64,000 nt of DNA from Desulfuromonadales bacterium (GCA_046483795.1 JAWOCM010000069.1:1922-65921), one strand, 5' to 3'. Counted from the stretch's first letter, positions 19,144-30,093 are shown. Made by a program: numbers and translations. The notes: generated by a model from the letters alone, not told the origin.

Positions 19144-20273
19144 AGCGCATCTATGTAGAGAATATAAGCGAGAGGGATCTTGTTGAAAGCCCTTTTCTGG
19201 TTCGCAGCAAAACGACGGCCATGGCCAAAAACGGTAAGCCCTACCTGACCCTGAAGCTCATGGACAAGACAGGAGAGGTCGAGGGACGTGTCTGGGATCG
19301 CGTCGACGAGTTCTCTTCCCGGTTCGACAAGGATGATTTTATTCACGTCCGGGCCAAGGCCAGCGTCTATATGGGCAAGATGCAGTTGATCGTACAGGAC
19401 TTGCGGCGGGTCGAGGATACGGAGATCGAAATCGGTGATTTTCTCCCCGTTTCCGAGCAGGCTGTGGACGAGATGATCGCGCAGCTTCGCAGCATGGTCG
19501 AGTCTCTGGAGAATCGGCACTTGCGAGCCCTGATGGAAACCTTTCTTGATGACGAGCAGTTTATGGCCATGTTCAGCCGGGCTCCCGCTGCCAAGGGGAT
19601 GCATCATGCGTACCTGGGGGGATTGCTCGAGCACAGCCTGGCGGTCGCTTCGCTGGCACAGGACATCAGCGGACGTTATACGGAGATCGACCGCGATCTT
19701 CTGATAACCGGCGCCTTGTTGCACGATGTCGGCAAGGTGGCCGAGTTGTGCTATGACCGGGGCTTCGATTATACAGATGCGGGCAAACTGCTCGGACATA
19801 TCGTTATGGGTGTCGAGATGGTCGATGACAAGATCCGTTCCCTGCCCGAATTTCCCGCGCAGTTGAAAACCCTGGTCAAGCATCTGCTTTTATCGCATCA
19901 CGGCCAGTACGACTACGGCTCACCCAAACGGCCCAAGACGCTCGAGGCTGTTGTTCTCAACTTTGTCGACGACCTCGATTCCAAGATCAACGGAGTGAGT
20001 TCGCATATAGCGAAAGAGGCGTCGAACCCGGAATCATGGACAAGTTATCACCGCTTGTACGATCGTTATTTCTTCAAGGGCCCTCCGGCCGGTGACGACG
20101 AAACAGAAAGCAATCTGCGGGATCTGCCGCAGCCTCCCGAGAAGAAAGAGAAACGGACATCGGAGGAGAAGGCTGAAAGAAAAACCGATCGGCGGGGGCG
20201 TTCGGGCTTTACCCTTGCAGACCAGCTCAACGGAAAGAGCCTCGATCTTTTTTCAGAAAAAAACGAGGGCTAG
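19140..20273 (+). CDS. YhaM-like 3'-5' exoribonuclease (OB-fold plus HD domain) with charged C-terminal tail
   Basis: The OB region (KNGKPYLTLKLMDKTGEVEGRVWD) and HD domain (HHAYLGGLLEHSL...LLHDVGK...SHHG) are both present. TTG start overlaps the upstream stop. Confidence 0.8.
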   Translation: MKRIYVENISERDLVESPFLVRSKTTAMAKNGKPYLTLKLMDKTGEVEGRVWDRVDEFSSRFDKDDFIHVRAKASVYMGKMQLIVQDLRRVEDTEIEIGDFLPVSEQAVDEMIAQLRSMVESLENRHLRALMETFLDDEQFMAMFSRAPAAKGMHHAYLGGLLEHSLAVASLAQDISGRYTEIDRDLLITGALLHDVGKVAELCYDRGFDYTDAGKLLGHIVMGVEMVDDKIRSLPEFPAQLKTLVKHLLLSHHGQYDYGSPKRPKTLEAVVLNFVDDLDSKINGVSSHIAKEASNPESWTSYHRLYDRYFFKGPPAGDDETESNLRDLPQPPEKKEKRTSEEKAERKTDRRGRSGFTLADQLNGKSLDLFSEKNEG

Positions 20274-20333
20274 TCTAAGGGCTTCGGGCGTCAACTTCTG
20301 AGGCAGCCCTACAGAGAATAATGGAGTTTTGTC

Positions 20334-20966
20334 ATGGAAATCAGGAAACTGGTCGTCGGCCCGCTGCAGGTAAACTGTTATTTCGTGGCCTGTCCGCACA
20401 GCAAACAGGCTGCAGTGATCGATCCTGGCGACGATGCAGGCGCGATTGCATCCGCGATAGAGGAAGAGGGCTGGACGCTGGTCAAAGTCATCAACACTCA
20501 TGGCCATTTCGATCACATCGGCGGAAATCGCCGGTTGATTGAGCAATCCGGAGCCGAACTGCTGATTCACGAGGCCGATGCTCCACTTTTGTCCCAGGCC
20601 GAATCACATGCCCGCATATACGGGCTGCAGACCGAACCCTCGCCGGAACCGAACCGTCTTCTCAAGGCGGGGGATGTCGTAGAGGTCGGAGAGCGGGTTT
20701 TCGACGTTCTACACACGCCGGGACATTCTCCGGGCGGGATTTGCCTGTCCGCTTCCGGCCACCTGTTTTGCGGCGATACGCTTTTTGCGGGTTCCGTCGG
20801 CAGAACCGACCTGCCGGGGGGTGATTTTGCGCAGCTTGCCGACTCCATTCGCCGGAACCTCTGGGGATTGCCCGACGAGACAGTCGTGCATCCCGGCCAT
20901 GGCCCCGATACGACGATCGGGCGGGAGAGGACCTCGAATCCTTTTGTTGGCGAAGGCGCATCATAA
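20334..20966 (+). CDS. MBL-fold metallo-hydrolase (glyoxalase II-like)
   Basis: VINTHGHFDHIGG...HTPGHSPGG...GDTLFAGSVGRTD...HPGHG. Confidence 0.9.
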   Translation: MEIRKLVVGPLQVNCYFVACPHSKQAAVIDPGDDAGAIASAIEEEGWTLVKVINTHGHFDHIGGNRRLIEQSGAELLIHEADAPLLSQAESHARIYGLQTEPSPEPNRLLKAGDVVEVGERVFDVLHTPGHSPGGICLSASGHLFCGDTLFAGSVGRTDLPGGDFAQLADSIRRNLWGLPDETVVHPGHGPDTTIGRERTSNPFVGEGAS

Positions 20967-21001
20967 CCCGCTGAAACGGCGGAGAAGCCGGGAGAAGACC
21001 G

Positions 21002-22204
21002 ATGCTGAAAGGGAAAAAGATCGTTCTGGGCGTCACTGGGGGAATCGCTGTCTACAAGGCCGTTGAACTCCTTCGGCTCTATATGAAGGCCGGGGCCGAG
21101 GTTCACGTCGTCATGTCGGGCAGCGCTCGTGAATTCGTCACGCCGCTGACCTTTCAGACTCTCAGCGGCCATCCGGTTCATACCGACCTTTTCAGCCTTT
21201 ATCAGGAAAGCGAGATCGGGCACATCTCCCTGGCCGACCGGGCCGATGTTTTCGTGGTGGCTCCGGCGACGGCCAATATCATCGGCAAGGTGGCTAACGG
21301 ACTCGCTGATGATCTTCTGTCGACGACTCTTATGGCGACCAAAGCGCCGGTTCTTTTCGTGCCGGCTATGAACGTCAATATGTTCGAAAATGCCGCCTAC
21401 CGAAAGAATGAAGAGCGCCTGGTCGAGCTCGGCTGCCATGTCATGGAGCCGCTGAGCGGTTATCTGGCTTGCGGTTGGGAGGGAAAGGGGAAATTCCCCG
21501 ATCCGTCAGCTGTTTTCGAGGAGACTCTGCGGATCCTCTCACCCTCGGATCTGGAGGGTGAAACGGTACTTGTCACGGCGGGGCCGACCTGTGAAAAGAT
21601 CGACCCGATACGATTCGTCAGCAACTTTTCCTCAGGGAAAATGGGGTATGCCATCGCCCGTGCCGCGCGAAACCGGGGTGCGAAGGTTACACTGGTCAGC
21701 GGACCGACCTGTCTCGCCCCGCCCTGCGGCGTTGAAATGGTTCCGGTGACCACCGCCAACGAGATGCGCGACGAGGTACTAAAACGAATCGAAGGCGCCA
21801 CCGTTGTGATCAAGGCCGCTGCCGTTGCTGACTACCGTCCGGAGAAAGTTGCCGATAAAAAAATAAAAAAGGAACAGATGGCGGAGATGGTGCTTCGTAT
21901 GGAAAAGAACCCGGATATACTCTCCGAACTGGGCAAGGTTAAAAAAGATCGTCTTGTGGTGGGGTTCGCCGCCGAAACAGGCGATCTGGTAAAGAATGCC
22001 CGGGAGAAACTCCAGCGAAAGAATCTCGATCTCATCGTTGCCAATGATGTGACTGCGGAAGGCGCCGGATTCGACGTCGATACCAACATCGTGCGTTTTC
22101 TCTTTCCCGACGGGAGAATGGAAGAATTCCCGCAAATGAGTAAAGCCGAAGTCTCCGAAAAGCTCCTCGATGCGGTGTGCCGAATGATTGAAAAGAAAAA
22201 GTAG
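21002..22204 (+). CDS. coaBC: Bifunctional phosphopantothenoylcysteine decarboxylase / phosphopantothenate-cysteine ligase
   Basis: KKIVLGVTGGIAVYKA...VAPATANIIGKVANGLADDLL...RFVSNFSSGKMG...AAAVADYRP. Confidence 0.95.
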   Translation: MLKGKKIVLGVTGGIAVYKAVELLRLYMKAGAEVHVVMSGSAREFVTPLTFQTLSGHPVHTDLFSLYQESEIGHISLADRADVFVVAPATANIIGKVANGLADDLLSTTLMATKAPVLFVPAMNVNMFENAAYRKNEERLVELGCHVMEPLSGYLACGWEGKGKFPDPSAVFEETLRILSPSDLEGETVLVTAGPTCEKIDPIRFVSNFSSGKMGYAIARAARNRGAKVTLVSGPTCLAPPCGVEMVPVTTANEMRDEVLKRIEGATVVIKAAAVADYRPEKVADKKIKKEQMAEMVLRMEKNPDILSELGKVKKDRLVVGFAAETGDLVKNAREKLQRKNLDLIVANDVTAEGAGFDVDTNIVRFLFPDGRMEEFPQMSKAEVSEKLLDAVCRMIEKKK

Positions 22205-22207
22205 GGT

Positions 22208-23119
22208 TCAGACTTCTTCGGAGAGCATTTCAAGGAGAAGGTCCGGACGGGTGATACTCTCTCGAAAGTGCTTTTTGAAACCCCTGACGATTTGAATCCC
22301 TTCCTGCTCCGGTAATTTGCCGTCGAGCCAGAGCAGGTTCAGATTCTTCCGGATCATTTTCGCGGCGTTGATCGCTCTTTCGCCGGTCGGGTCGGCTCTG
22401 AGATAGGGGCTTTCCTCCATGTCAGCCAAGGTGCTGAGAGACGCCTGCTGAGCCAGTTCAAGGTACTCGCGGGCATCCTTCTCCAGAGCCCATTTTGATG
22501 TTTCCGAGTACGACTTAAGAACCTTCTGCCACTGTTCCAGGCGTGATACGAGCATGATCGAGTTGAAAAGTCGTTTGTTGGTCGCAAACGAAAAAAGGGT
22601 CTCCGACAGAACGCTTCTCATTAACCGATCGTTTTCGGAAAAATCTTTATTGGCGAGTTCCCGGGCTTTCTGCCATGTTTGAGGGCGGACCATCGACTCG
22701 TAGCGCATCTCCCAGTAGGTGTGCTTGAGAAGCACAGTATTGAAGGTTCTCACCATCTTGAAGGGGACGTAATAGGAGTGAGCGACCGTGTCGGCTCCGA
22801 GGTGGCAGAAATAGCCCAGGGCGCAGGCCTTTTGCTGGTCTGTAACGGATTTGTCGAGGATTTTTCGCCCCATGCGCCAGGAATGGCAATGCTGGAGGTA
22901 ATGGGTGAATTTCTTCCCCAGGGTAATATCGGCACTGATGCAGCCGTAGAGAAAATCGTGGGGATGTGCGGACAGAAGAGTCCGCAAGGCAACGGGAAGG
23001 CGCCCCATGTTTTCGAGGACGAAGTTCCCGACCTCGAGGTGGATGCCTGCTCCCCACGCCAGCGCTTTTTCCGGCAGTAACAGAAAGGCCGCAGTGGCCA
23101 CAAATATGTGAAAAGCCAT
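22208..23119 (-). CDS. Zinc-dependent phospholipase C-like family protein
   Basis: Signal-like N-terminus, then WGAGIHLEVG...HPHDFLYGCISADI...FCHLGADTVAHSY, histidine-rich motifs of the Zn_dep_PLPC fold. It is convergent with coaBC with only 3 nt between the stop codons. Confidence 0.6.
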   Translation of the reverse strand: MAFHIFVATAAFLLLPEKALAWGAGIHLEVGNFVLENMGRLPVALRTLLSAHPHDFLYGCISADITLGKKFTHYLQHCHSWRMGRKILDKSVTDQQKACALGYFCHLGADTVAHSYYVPFKMVRTFNTVLLKHTYWEMRYESMVRPQTWQKARELANKDFSENDRLMRSVLSETLFSFATNKRLFNSIMLVSRLEQWQKVLKSYSETSKWALEKDAREYLELAQQASLSTLADMEESPYLRADPTGERAINAAKMIRKNLNLLWLDGKLPEQEGIQIVRGFKKHFRESITRPDLLLEMLSEEV

Positions 23120-23180
23120 AATGTGTTGTCCTTGTTTATTGCAAAAGTCTAGTCCACGACAGAAGGGTTGTAAAGAACAG

Positions 23181-23909
23181 ATGCCCGAACGAAGCAGACA
23201 ACAACTCGCCGAATGCCTGGCCCAGACCCGAGCCCTGCTGGAGGATTTCGCGGCACTGGGGCTGGACGATCTCTACCCTCTGCAGACCAGTCCGAATTCA
23301 CAGGGCACTGATTCGGACAACAGCACTTCCTCTTCTGGTTCGAGGGAGGAAAAAGGGAAGAGGCTGGAGGACATTCGCAAGGAAATAGCCGATTGCCGTC
23401 GTTGCCCCCTATGCAAGAATCGCAATAACGTCGTCTTCGGTGTCGGCGATCCCGATGCGGACATTGTCTTTGTCGGGGAAGCGCCCGGACGGGAAGAGGA
23501 TCTCAAGGGAGAGCCCTTTGTCGGCGAAGCCGGCCGCCTGCTCGATAGAATCCTCAATGCCATGGGCACAGATCGTCAGCATGTCTATATCTGCAACGTC
23601 GAAAAATGCAAGCCTCCTGAAAATCGGGACCCATCAGCCGGGGAAATCGAGGCATGCGAACCTTACCTCAAACGCCAGCTGTCTGTCATCAGACCCCGGG
23701 TCATCGTGGCTTTGGGTCGCTTTGCCGCCCAGACCCTTCTCAAATGTGATACGCCTATCGGAAAGTTGCGGGGAAAATGGCATGAGTATGAAGGTATTTT
23801 CCTGTTGCCAACCTATCATCCCGCTTTCCTGTTGAGGAACCCTTCGGCCAAAAGAGAGGCCTGGGAGGACATGAAACAGGTGATGAAACAACTGCGGGAG
23901 AGGATCTGA
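23181..23909 (+). CDS. Uracil-DNA glycosylase, family 4
   Basis: CRRCPLCKNRNNVVFGVGDPDADIVFVGEAPGREEDLKGEPFVGEAGRLL...PTYHPAFLLRNP. The start is ambiguous (23121 or 23181). Confidence 0.9.
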   Translation: MPERSRQQLAECLAQTRALLEDFAALGLDDLYPLQTSPNSQGTDSDNSTSSSGSREEKGKRLEDIRKEIADCRRCPLCKNRNNVVFGVGDPDADIVFVGEAPGREEDLKGEPFVGEAGRLLDRILNAMGTDRQHVYICNVEKCKPPENRDPSAGEIEACEPYLKRQLSVIRPRVIVALGRFAAQTLLKCDTPIGKLRGKWHEYEGIFLLPTYHPAFLLRNPSAKREAWEDMKQVMKQLRERI

Positions 23910-23910
23910 T

Positions 23911-24675
23911 TTGTCGAGAAATGTCCTCCGTCTCGAAAATGTGACAAAGCGACGGCTCTCGGTTGAGGGAGACCGGATCGTCTTGTTGCGGTCGATCGAT
24001 TTTGCTGTGGAGGATGGTCGCTTTACGGCGATAGTGGGACCTTCCGGCGGAGGGAAGAGTACCCTTTTGCGGTTGCTGAACCGACTCGACGATCCCACGG
24101 AGGGCCGAATTCTTTTCAATGACCAGGATATAACCGCCATCGATCCCTTGTCATTGCGACGCCGGATCGGCCTGGTTCTGCAAAAGCCCTACATGTTCGA
24201 GGGGACGGTCCGGACGAATCTGCTACAGCCGTTTATATATTCGGGGAAAACCGCAACTTTTCCTCCCGACCAAAAGCTTCTTCAAACCCTTGATATCTGC
24301 CAGTTGCCCGACGATATTCTGGACAAGACAGCTCGAAATCTCTCCCTCGGCCAGCAACAGCGTGTGAGTCTGGCGAGGACTCTGATCCTCGACCCCGAAG
24401 TGCTTCTTCTCGACGAGCCGACCAGCGCTCTCGATCGCCCGACGGCGGACCGCCTGGGAGAAACGTTTAAGCAAATAGGGTCCAGGTTGGATCTGACCAT
24501 TGTCATGGTCACGCACGATCTGCGATTGGCCGGTCGGGTTGCCGAGCAGCTCGCTTACCTCGAGAGAGGGGAAATGCTTGAACACGGGCCGGCCGACCGG
24601 TTGCTGGTACACCCGCAAAGTGAAGAATTCCAGGCATTTCTTGCTGATCCTTTTGCAGTGGAAGGGCGGGAATAA
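23911..24675 (+). CDS. fetA: ABC transporter ATP-binding protein, FetA/YbbL-like
   Basis: Walker A GPSGGGKST, signature LSLGQQQRVSLAR, Walker B LLLDEPTSALD. Paired with a UPF0014 permease. Confidence 0.8.
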   Translation: MSRNVLRLENVTKRRLSVEGDRIVLLRSIDFAVEDGRFTAIVGPSGGGKSTLLRLLNRLDDPTEGRILFNDQDITAIDPLSLRRRIGLVLQKPYMFEGTVRTNLLQPFIYSGKTATFPPDQKLLQTLDICQLPDDILDKTARNLSLGQQQRVSLARTLILDPEVLLLDEPTSALDRPTADRLGETFKQIGSRLDLTIVMVTHDLRLAGRVAEQLAYLERGEMLEHGPADRLLVHPQSEEFQAFLADPFAVEGRE

Positions 24676-25469
24676 TGGACGTGACCGGCATCATCGATCT
24701 CCAGCTGTCCGATCTCTTTCTGGTCTATGGCCTGGTGATTCTCGCCATCGGACTCGGTCGGCTTCAGCAGGTCGGCCAGGAAAAAGAAATACTGATCGCT
24801 TCGGTGCGGATGGTTGTCCAGTTGCTGGCGGTCGGTTACGTTCTCAAGGCCGTTTTTACCTTGCGAACCCCCGCCCCCATCATTCTGCTGCTCGTCGTCA
24901 TGGCTCTTTTCGCTGTGCAAACCGTCGGCTCCCGGGTCAAGTATCGCATGCCGCGGTTTTACCGCGTGGTAGGGGCCGCCATTTTTATCGGTTGCGGCGG
25001 AGCGACGTTCTTTCTGTGCAATCTGGTCATCGCAGTGGAACCATGGTTCGATCCCCAGTATCTGATCCCGCTGGCAGGAATGATTATAGGCAACTCGATG
25101 ACCGGTGCCAGCCTTGCCGCCGAGCGTCTGGCTTCGGAAATTCGCGAACGAAGAGATGAAATCGAGACGGCGCTCTGCCTGGGGGCCAGCGCGCACCAGG
25201 CTGCCAGAGAAACTGTGCGCAATGCTTTCCGGGCGGCGCTGATTCCGTCGATCAATTCAATGGCGGCGATGGGTATTGTCTTTTTGCCTGGAATGATGAC
25301 CGGCCAGATCCTTTCCGGAACGGAACCGGTTGTGGCCGTCAAATACCAGATCGCTATCATGTGCGTGATTACGGGAAGCGTTGCCGTGACTGCCCTTTTG
25401 ATTGTGGTACAGGGATACCGGGGTTACTTTACGGATGCTCACCAGTTGATCATCGATTTCGTGCGCTGA
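24675..25469 (+). CDS. fetB: Iron-export ABC permease FetB/YbbM (UPF0014)
   Basis: Multi-TM protein with IPLAGMIIGNSMTGASLA...ALIPSINSMAAMGIVFLPGMMTGQIL. Its start overlaps the fetA stop. Confidence 0.8.
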   Translation: MDVTGIIDLQLSDLFLVYGLVILAIGLGRLQQVGQEKEILIASVRMVVQLLAVGYVLKAVFTLRTPAPIILLLVVMALFAVQTVGSRVKYRMPRFYRVVGAAIFIGCGGATFFLCNLVIAVEPWFDPQYLIPLAGMIIGNSMTGASLAAERLASEIRERRDEIETALCLGASAHQAARETVRNAFRAALIPSINSMAAMGIVFLPGMMTGQILSGTEPVVAVKYQIAIMCVITGSVAVTALLIVVQGYRGYFTDAHQLIIDFVR

Positions 25470-25503
25470 AAAGAGGTTGAAGACAGGTGGGAAGGGACTC
25501 CAT

Positions 25504-25538
25504 AAAAAAAGCTCCGTGGCGGGATCCACGGAGCTTTT
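25504..25538. terminator. Bidirectional intrinsic terminator (fetB / csp)
   Basis: aaaaaaa-gctccgtgg-cgggat-ccacggagc-tttt. Confidence 0.75.
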
Positions 25539-25563
25539 CAGCTTCAGGCGGGATGTTTCTGCC

Positions 25564-25764
25564 TTACACTTTGCTGACGTTGGCGGCCTGAGGGCCTTTG
25601 GGGCCGTCAATTATTTCGAAATTGACCGTCTCTCCCTCGGCCAGAGATTTGAATCCTTCTCCCTGGATGGCGGAAAAATGGACGAATACATCGGCACCAC
25701 CGTCCTGCTCAATGAAACCGAAACCCTTTGCGTCATTAAACCATTTGACAACACCTTCAGACAT
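25564..25764 (-). CDS. Cold-shock protein (CspA family)
   Basis: [33 protein letters not shown]: the RNP1 and RNP2 motifs. Confidence 0.95.
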   Translation of the reverse strand: MSEGVVKWFNDAKGFGFIEQDGGADVFVHFSAIQGEGFKSLAEGETVNFEIIDGPKGPQAANVSKV

Positions 25765-25987
25765 TATTCCTTACTCCCTCTTTCTTTCCCGGTTGGTCCG
25801 GGGTAGTACGTGACTTGCCTCCAAGTCACCAGTTTCTCCTGCGTTACCCCTGGCAAAGCAGGCCGTTGGTCCCTTCCGGACGTCGATATGGTTCGCCCGG
25901 AATTCGCTATTAGAGCTTTGTAACACAAGTCAGAAGATTTCGCCACTTTCCGGAAGATTTTTTTTACTGCCGAGGACGAATTCTCAC

Positions 25988-26017
25988 GAATAAAAGCCTC
26001 CTGGAAGCCAGGAGGCC
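25988..26017 (-). terminator. Intrinsic terminator of the upstream csp copy
   Basis: On the minus strand: gcctcctgg-cttc-ccaggaggc followed by ttttatt. Confidence 0.7.
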
Positions 26018-26044
26018 TTGGGGGGCTGTTACCGGTTCTGGCCG

Positions 26045-26245
26045 TCAAATCTTGACCACATTTGATGCCTGAGGACCTTTCTGGCCTTCAGTGATATCGA
26101 AAGAGACACGGTCGCCTTCTTCGAGGGTCTTGAACCCTTCGCCCTGGATACCCGAAAAATGGACGAAGACATCCGGACCGTCCTCCTGCTCGATAAAACC
26201 GAAACCTTTCGCCTCGTTGAACCATTTCACTGTTCCTTCTGCCAT
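26045..26245 (-). CDS. Cold-shock protein (CspA family), second tandem copy
   Basis: [33 protein letters not shown]. Confidence 0.95.
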   Translation of the reverse strand: MAEGTVKWFNEAKGFGFIEQEDGPDVFVHFSGIQGEGFKTLEEGDRVSFDITEGQKGPQASNVVKI

Positions 26246-26549
26246 TGCAGCTTACTCCTTCTGACACGGTTCGCGTGTCTGCTCGGGAATGAACGCCCTG
26301 GGGGCAACCGTTCGCGCCCCTTGGGGGCCTTATCCCGTTTCTGTCAAAAGTGTTTCCCCATGAGAGGAAGTCTACCAAAGGCTTCTGTCGCTGTCATCCG
26401 ACATTCGTTAAAATGGCCAAACGGGAAGAAAAAAATAAAAGGCAACCCAGACCGCCTTTTTGCTTGGATTGCAGGCCATTTTGTCCTATACTGGATAGGT
26501 TTGGCACTGAAGCGGTGTCGTCTCAACTTTCAGGGAGCAGGTACAAGGA

Positions 26550-28373
26550 ATGTCGGAAACTATTCGTAACATCGCAATTATTGCCCATGTTGACCACGGC
26601 AAGACCACACTGGTCGATGCCATGCTCAAACAGTCGGGCGTGTTCCGCACCAATGAAGTCGTTGCCGACCGGGTCATGGATCGCAACGATCTGGAGCGTG
26701 AACGGGGGATTACCATCCTCTCTAAAAATCTTTCGATCCACCGCGGCGGACTCAAGATCAACATCGTCGATACCCCCGGCCACGCCGATTTCGGCGGCGA
26801 AGTCGAGCGGGTTCTGAAGATGGTCGACTCGGTTCTGTTGCTGGTTGACGCCTTTGACGGGCCGATGCCGCAAACCCGTTTCGTTCTCAAGAAATCTCTC
26901 GATCTCGGTCACCGGCCGATCGTCGTTATAAACAAGATCGACCGTCCGGGAGCACGTCCCGAAGCGGTTGTCGATATGGTTTTCGACCTCTTCTGTGAAC
27001 TTGACGCAGATGAGCACCAGCTCGATTTCCCGATCGTATACGCCAGTGCCAAAGAGGGATTCTCCAGACTGGATCTGGAAGAGGAGACGACGAATCTCGA
27101 TTCCCTTTTCACCACCATTCGCGAGCGTCTCAGTCCCCCTGCAGGAGATCCGGAAGCCGACTTTCAGATGCTGGTCACCACGATCGATTACAACGATTAC
27201 ATCGGCCGTATCGCCACAGGGAAAATATCCAACGGTCGGGTCAAGGGCGGGGATCATGTTTCGTTGATGCAGCGTGACGGAACGATGAAAAAAGGACGTA
27301 TCTCAAAGCTGATCGGCTACGATGGGCTCAAACAGGTCGAGCTCGACAGTGCCGTCGCAGGGGACATCGTCACCATCGCCGGATTCGAAGATGTCGGTAT
27401 CGGCGATACTTTCACCTGTGTCGAGCGGCCCGAAGCCTTGCCTTACGCTGCCGTCGACGAGCCGACCCTGTCGATGAACTTCATGGTCAACGACTCTCCC
27501 TTTGCAGGACGCGAGGGCAAATACGTCACCTCCCGCAATATTCGGGATCGCCTGACGAAGGAGCTGCGCACCAATGTCTCCCTGAGGGTTGAGGATACCG
27601 AGAACACGGATACGTTCAAGGTGTCCGGACGCGGCGAACTGCACCTGTCGATCCTTATCGAAAACATGCGCCGCGAGGGCTTCGAGTTGGCCGTGTCCAA
27701 GCCTGAGGTCATTTTTCGCGATATCGACGGTGTCAAGAGCGAGCCGATGGAGTATCTGAGCATCGATGTCCCCGAAGAGCACCAGGGCACGGTGATCGAA
27801 AAGCTCGGTACCCGAAAGGCGGAAATGGTGTCCATGCTGCCCATGGACGGCATCGTGCGCATCGAGTTCATTATCCCGGCGCGCGGACTGATCGGATTCC
27901 GCACCGAGTTTCTCACCGACACGCGCGGCACCGGCGTCATGAACCATATCTTCCACGAATACGCCCCCTACAAGGGCACGATCGGCGGACGGGGCAACGG
28001 AGTTCTGGTGGCCATGGAGGACGGGGAGACGGTCGCTTTTTCCCTGTTCAATCTTCAGGATCGCGGGATCCTTTTTGTCGCTCCCGGGACAGCCGTGTAT
28101 GAAGGTATGATTCTCGGTCAGCACGCCAAGGAAAATGACCTGGTCGTCAACCCCTGCAAGGGGAAGAAGCTCACCAACGTGCGTGCGTCCGGCAGCGACG
28201 AGACCATCCGACTGACGCCGCCGAATATTCTGACCCTCGAGCAGGCGCTGGAGTATATCGACGACGATGAATTGGTCGAGATTACTCCGGAATCGATTCG
28301 GCTTCGCAAAAAGCGATTGAACGAAACCGACCGCAAACGTTCGGCCAAACAGAAGAAGGTTCACGCAGCCTGA
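26550..28373 (+). CDS. typA: Translational GTPase TypA/BipA
   Basis: [19 protein letters not shown]...[17 protein letters not shown]...VINKIDR, and the full 607-aa length typical of the family. Confidence 0.95.
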   Translation: MSETIRNIAIIAHVDHGKTTLVDAMLKQSGVFRTNEVVADRVMDRNDLERERGITILSKNLSIHRGGLKINIVDTPGHADFGGEVERVLKMVDSVLLLVDAFDGPMPQTRFVLKKSLDLGHRPIVVINKIDRPGARPEAVVDMVFDLFCELDADEHQLDFPIVYASAKEGFSRLDLEEETTNLDSLFTTIRERLSPPAGDPEADFQMLVTTIDYNDYIGRIATGKISNGRVKGGDHVSLMQRDGTMKKGRISKLIGYDGLKQVELDSAVAGDIVTIAGFEDVGIGDTFTCVERPEALPYAAVDEPTLSMNFMVNDSPFAGREGKYVTSRNIRDRLTKELRTNVSLRVEDTENTDTFKVSGRGELHLSILIENMRREGFELAVSKPEVIFRDIDGVKSEPMEYLSIDVPEEHQGTVIEKLGTRKAEMVSMLPMDGIVRIEFIIPARGLIGFRTEFLTDTRGTGVMNHIFHEYAPYKGTIGGRGNGVLVAMEDGETVAFSLFNLQDRGILFVAPGTAVYEGMILGQHAKENDLVVNPCKGKKLTNVRASGSDETIRLTPPNILTLEQALEYIDDDELVEITPESIRLRKKRLNETDRKRSAKQKKVHAA

Positions 28374-28401
28374 TTTGATCGACGAATAAAGAGAAACCGA
28401 A

Positions 28402-28430
28402 GCCGTCCCCCAACAGGGACGGCTTTTTTT
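28402..28430 (+). terminator. Intrinsic terminator after typA
   Basis: gccgtccc-ccaaca-gggacggc followed by ttttttt. Confidence 0.8.
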
Positions 28431-28581
28431 AACCTTTTTGTTGGTCACTTGACACTGTCATAGTTGAAAAGGTATGAATACATGAAGACGTTTTATTGAA
28501 TCATGTGTCTTTTCATGTTCTGTTTCGGACTTGAAAAGACATTCCATGTTTATTCCCCTCGTTACTTGATAGGAGGATACA

Positions 28582-29349
28582 ATGAACAGAGTCGTATTTT
28601 CCCTGATTGCTCTTGCGGTGCTACTTGTTATGATCGCTCCCGCCATGGGTGCAGACCTTGCAACCTTGCAAGACAAGGGAACCATCAGTTTCGCGATGAG
28701 CGGACAGTACCCCCCCTTCAACTTCGTGGACGAGGACAACGAACTGGCCGGTTTCGACGTGCAGATCTGCAGCGAGATCGCCGGGCGGATGAATCTTGAG
28801 CCTCGTCCTGTATCCACCGCCTGGGACGGGATCGTCGCCGGTCTGCTGGCGGGCAAATACGACCTGATCTGCGGCAGCATGGCCATCACCGAGAAGCGGC
28901 TCGAAGCACTCGATTTTTCCGACCCCTACTACCGTTCCGGCGCCCAGCTCTTCGTGCGAGAAGGATCTCCCTATGATTCGGTGGATGCGCTGGAAGACAA
29001 GAAGATCGGGGTGACTTTGGGCACGACCTACGAGGAGTGGGTCCGGGACAACGTATCGAATGTCAAGGTGCGGACCTACAAGGGGGTTCCCGACATGGTG
29101 ATGGAGCTCTCCTCGGGCCGCCTCGACGGATTCATCACCGACCGGATCGTTGGAGCAATGGCGATCGACGAAAAAGGCGCACCCATTGAGATGGCCGGCC
29201 CGCTTCTCTATGAGGAGCGCATGGGGATCGCTGCACCCAAGGGCACCCCCGAACTTGTTGAGGCCATCAACGAAGCGCTGGAAAGCATGAAAGAGGACAG
29301 CACCTATCGCGAAATCAGCATGAAGTGGTTGAAGATCGACGCGCGGTAA
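28582..29349 (+). CDS. Polar amino-acid ABC transporter substrate-binding protein
   Basis: Signal peptide, then GTISFAMSGQYPPFNFVDEDNELAGFDVQI...WDGIVAGLLAGKYDLICGSMAIT (SBP_bac_3). Confidence 0.9.
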   Translation: MNRVVFSLIALAVLLVMIAPAMGADLATLQDKGTISFAMSGQYPPFNFVDEDNELAGFDVQICSEIAGRMNLEPRPVSTAWDGIVAGLLAGKYDLICGSMAITEKRLEALDFSDPYYRSGAQLFVREGSPYDSVDALEDKKIGVTLGTTYEEWVRDNVSNVKVRTYKGVPDMVMELSSGRLDGFITDRIVGAMAIDEKGAPIEMAGPLLYEERMGIAAPKGTPELVEAINEALESMKEDSTYREISMKWLKIDAR

Positions 29350-29436
29350 TCCCCAGATTCCCACCATGAAAGCCGTCCCGTTCAGCACTCCTGCCGTACG
29401 GGGCGGCCCTTTTTATTCACAAGGGACTGCTATTTT

Positions 29437-30093
29437 ATGCTGGATTGGTCGATCATTATCCACTACTTCCCCTTTCTGCTGAAAGGGGCTCTGCTGACCC
29501 TGCAAATCTCTGTTATCTCCCTGGCGCTGGGCCTGGTCATTGGTTTGATCGCGGCCCTGTCCATTCTTTCCAAAAACTGGTTGCTGCATTTCCCTGGACG
29601 TTTCTATGTCTGGATCATTCGCTCTACGCCCCTGCTGGTTCAGCTTTTTCTCATCTATTTCGGTCTGCCCCAGTTCGGAATCGACCTGAGCCCGTTCTGG
29701 TCGGGCGTACTCGCGCTGGCGCTCAACACCGGCGCGTACAACGCCGAGACGATTCGCGGCGGAATCATCTCCGTTCCGCACGGTCAGGTGGAGGCGGCGC
29801 GCTCCCTCGGTATGAGCGCCAGGCTGACCATGCGCCGCATCGTGCTGCCCCAGGCCATGAAACTGATCATCCCGCCGCTGGGCAACAACTTTGTCATCCT
29901 GATCAAGGATACGTCGCTGGTTTCCACCATCACCCTTGTGGAGTTGACTCTCACCGCCCAGCGGCTGATCGGCTCCACCTACAAGCCCTTCGAAATGTAT
30001 CTGATGGCAGCCGTTCTCTACGCCGTGCTTACCACATCAGCCAGCGTCCTGCTCGCACAGTTCGAAAAGCGGACCATGAAGGGGGTCGCATGA
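29437..30093 (+). CDS. Amino-acid ABC transporter permease (HisMQ family)
   Basis: [17 protein letters not shown]...[14 protein letters not shown]...EAARSLGMS. Confidence 0.9.
   Translation: MLDWSIIIHYFPFLLKGALLTLQISVISLALGLVIGLIAALSILSKNWLLHFPGRFYVWIIRSTPLLVQLFLIYFGLPQFGIDLSPFWSGVLALALNTGAYNAETIRGGIISVPHGQVEAARSLGMSARLTMRRIVLPQAMKLIIPPLGNNFVILIKDTSLVSTITLVELTLTAQRLIGSTYKPFEMYLMAAVLYAVLTTSASVLLAQFEKRTMKGVA

Noticed and set aside
18753-19883. 376-aa minus-strand ORF
   Set aside because: It is antisense to the FAD-dependent oxidoreductase and the YhaM-like gene. No motifs were found.
22204-22208. Missing terminator between convergent coaBC and the PLC-like gene (3-nt gap) as a possible anomaly
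   Set aside because: Tight convergent junctions are common, and no structure in the sequence indicates anything more than end-to-end genes.
27303-28448. 381-aa minus-strand ORF
   Set aside because: It is antisense to typA.
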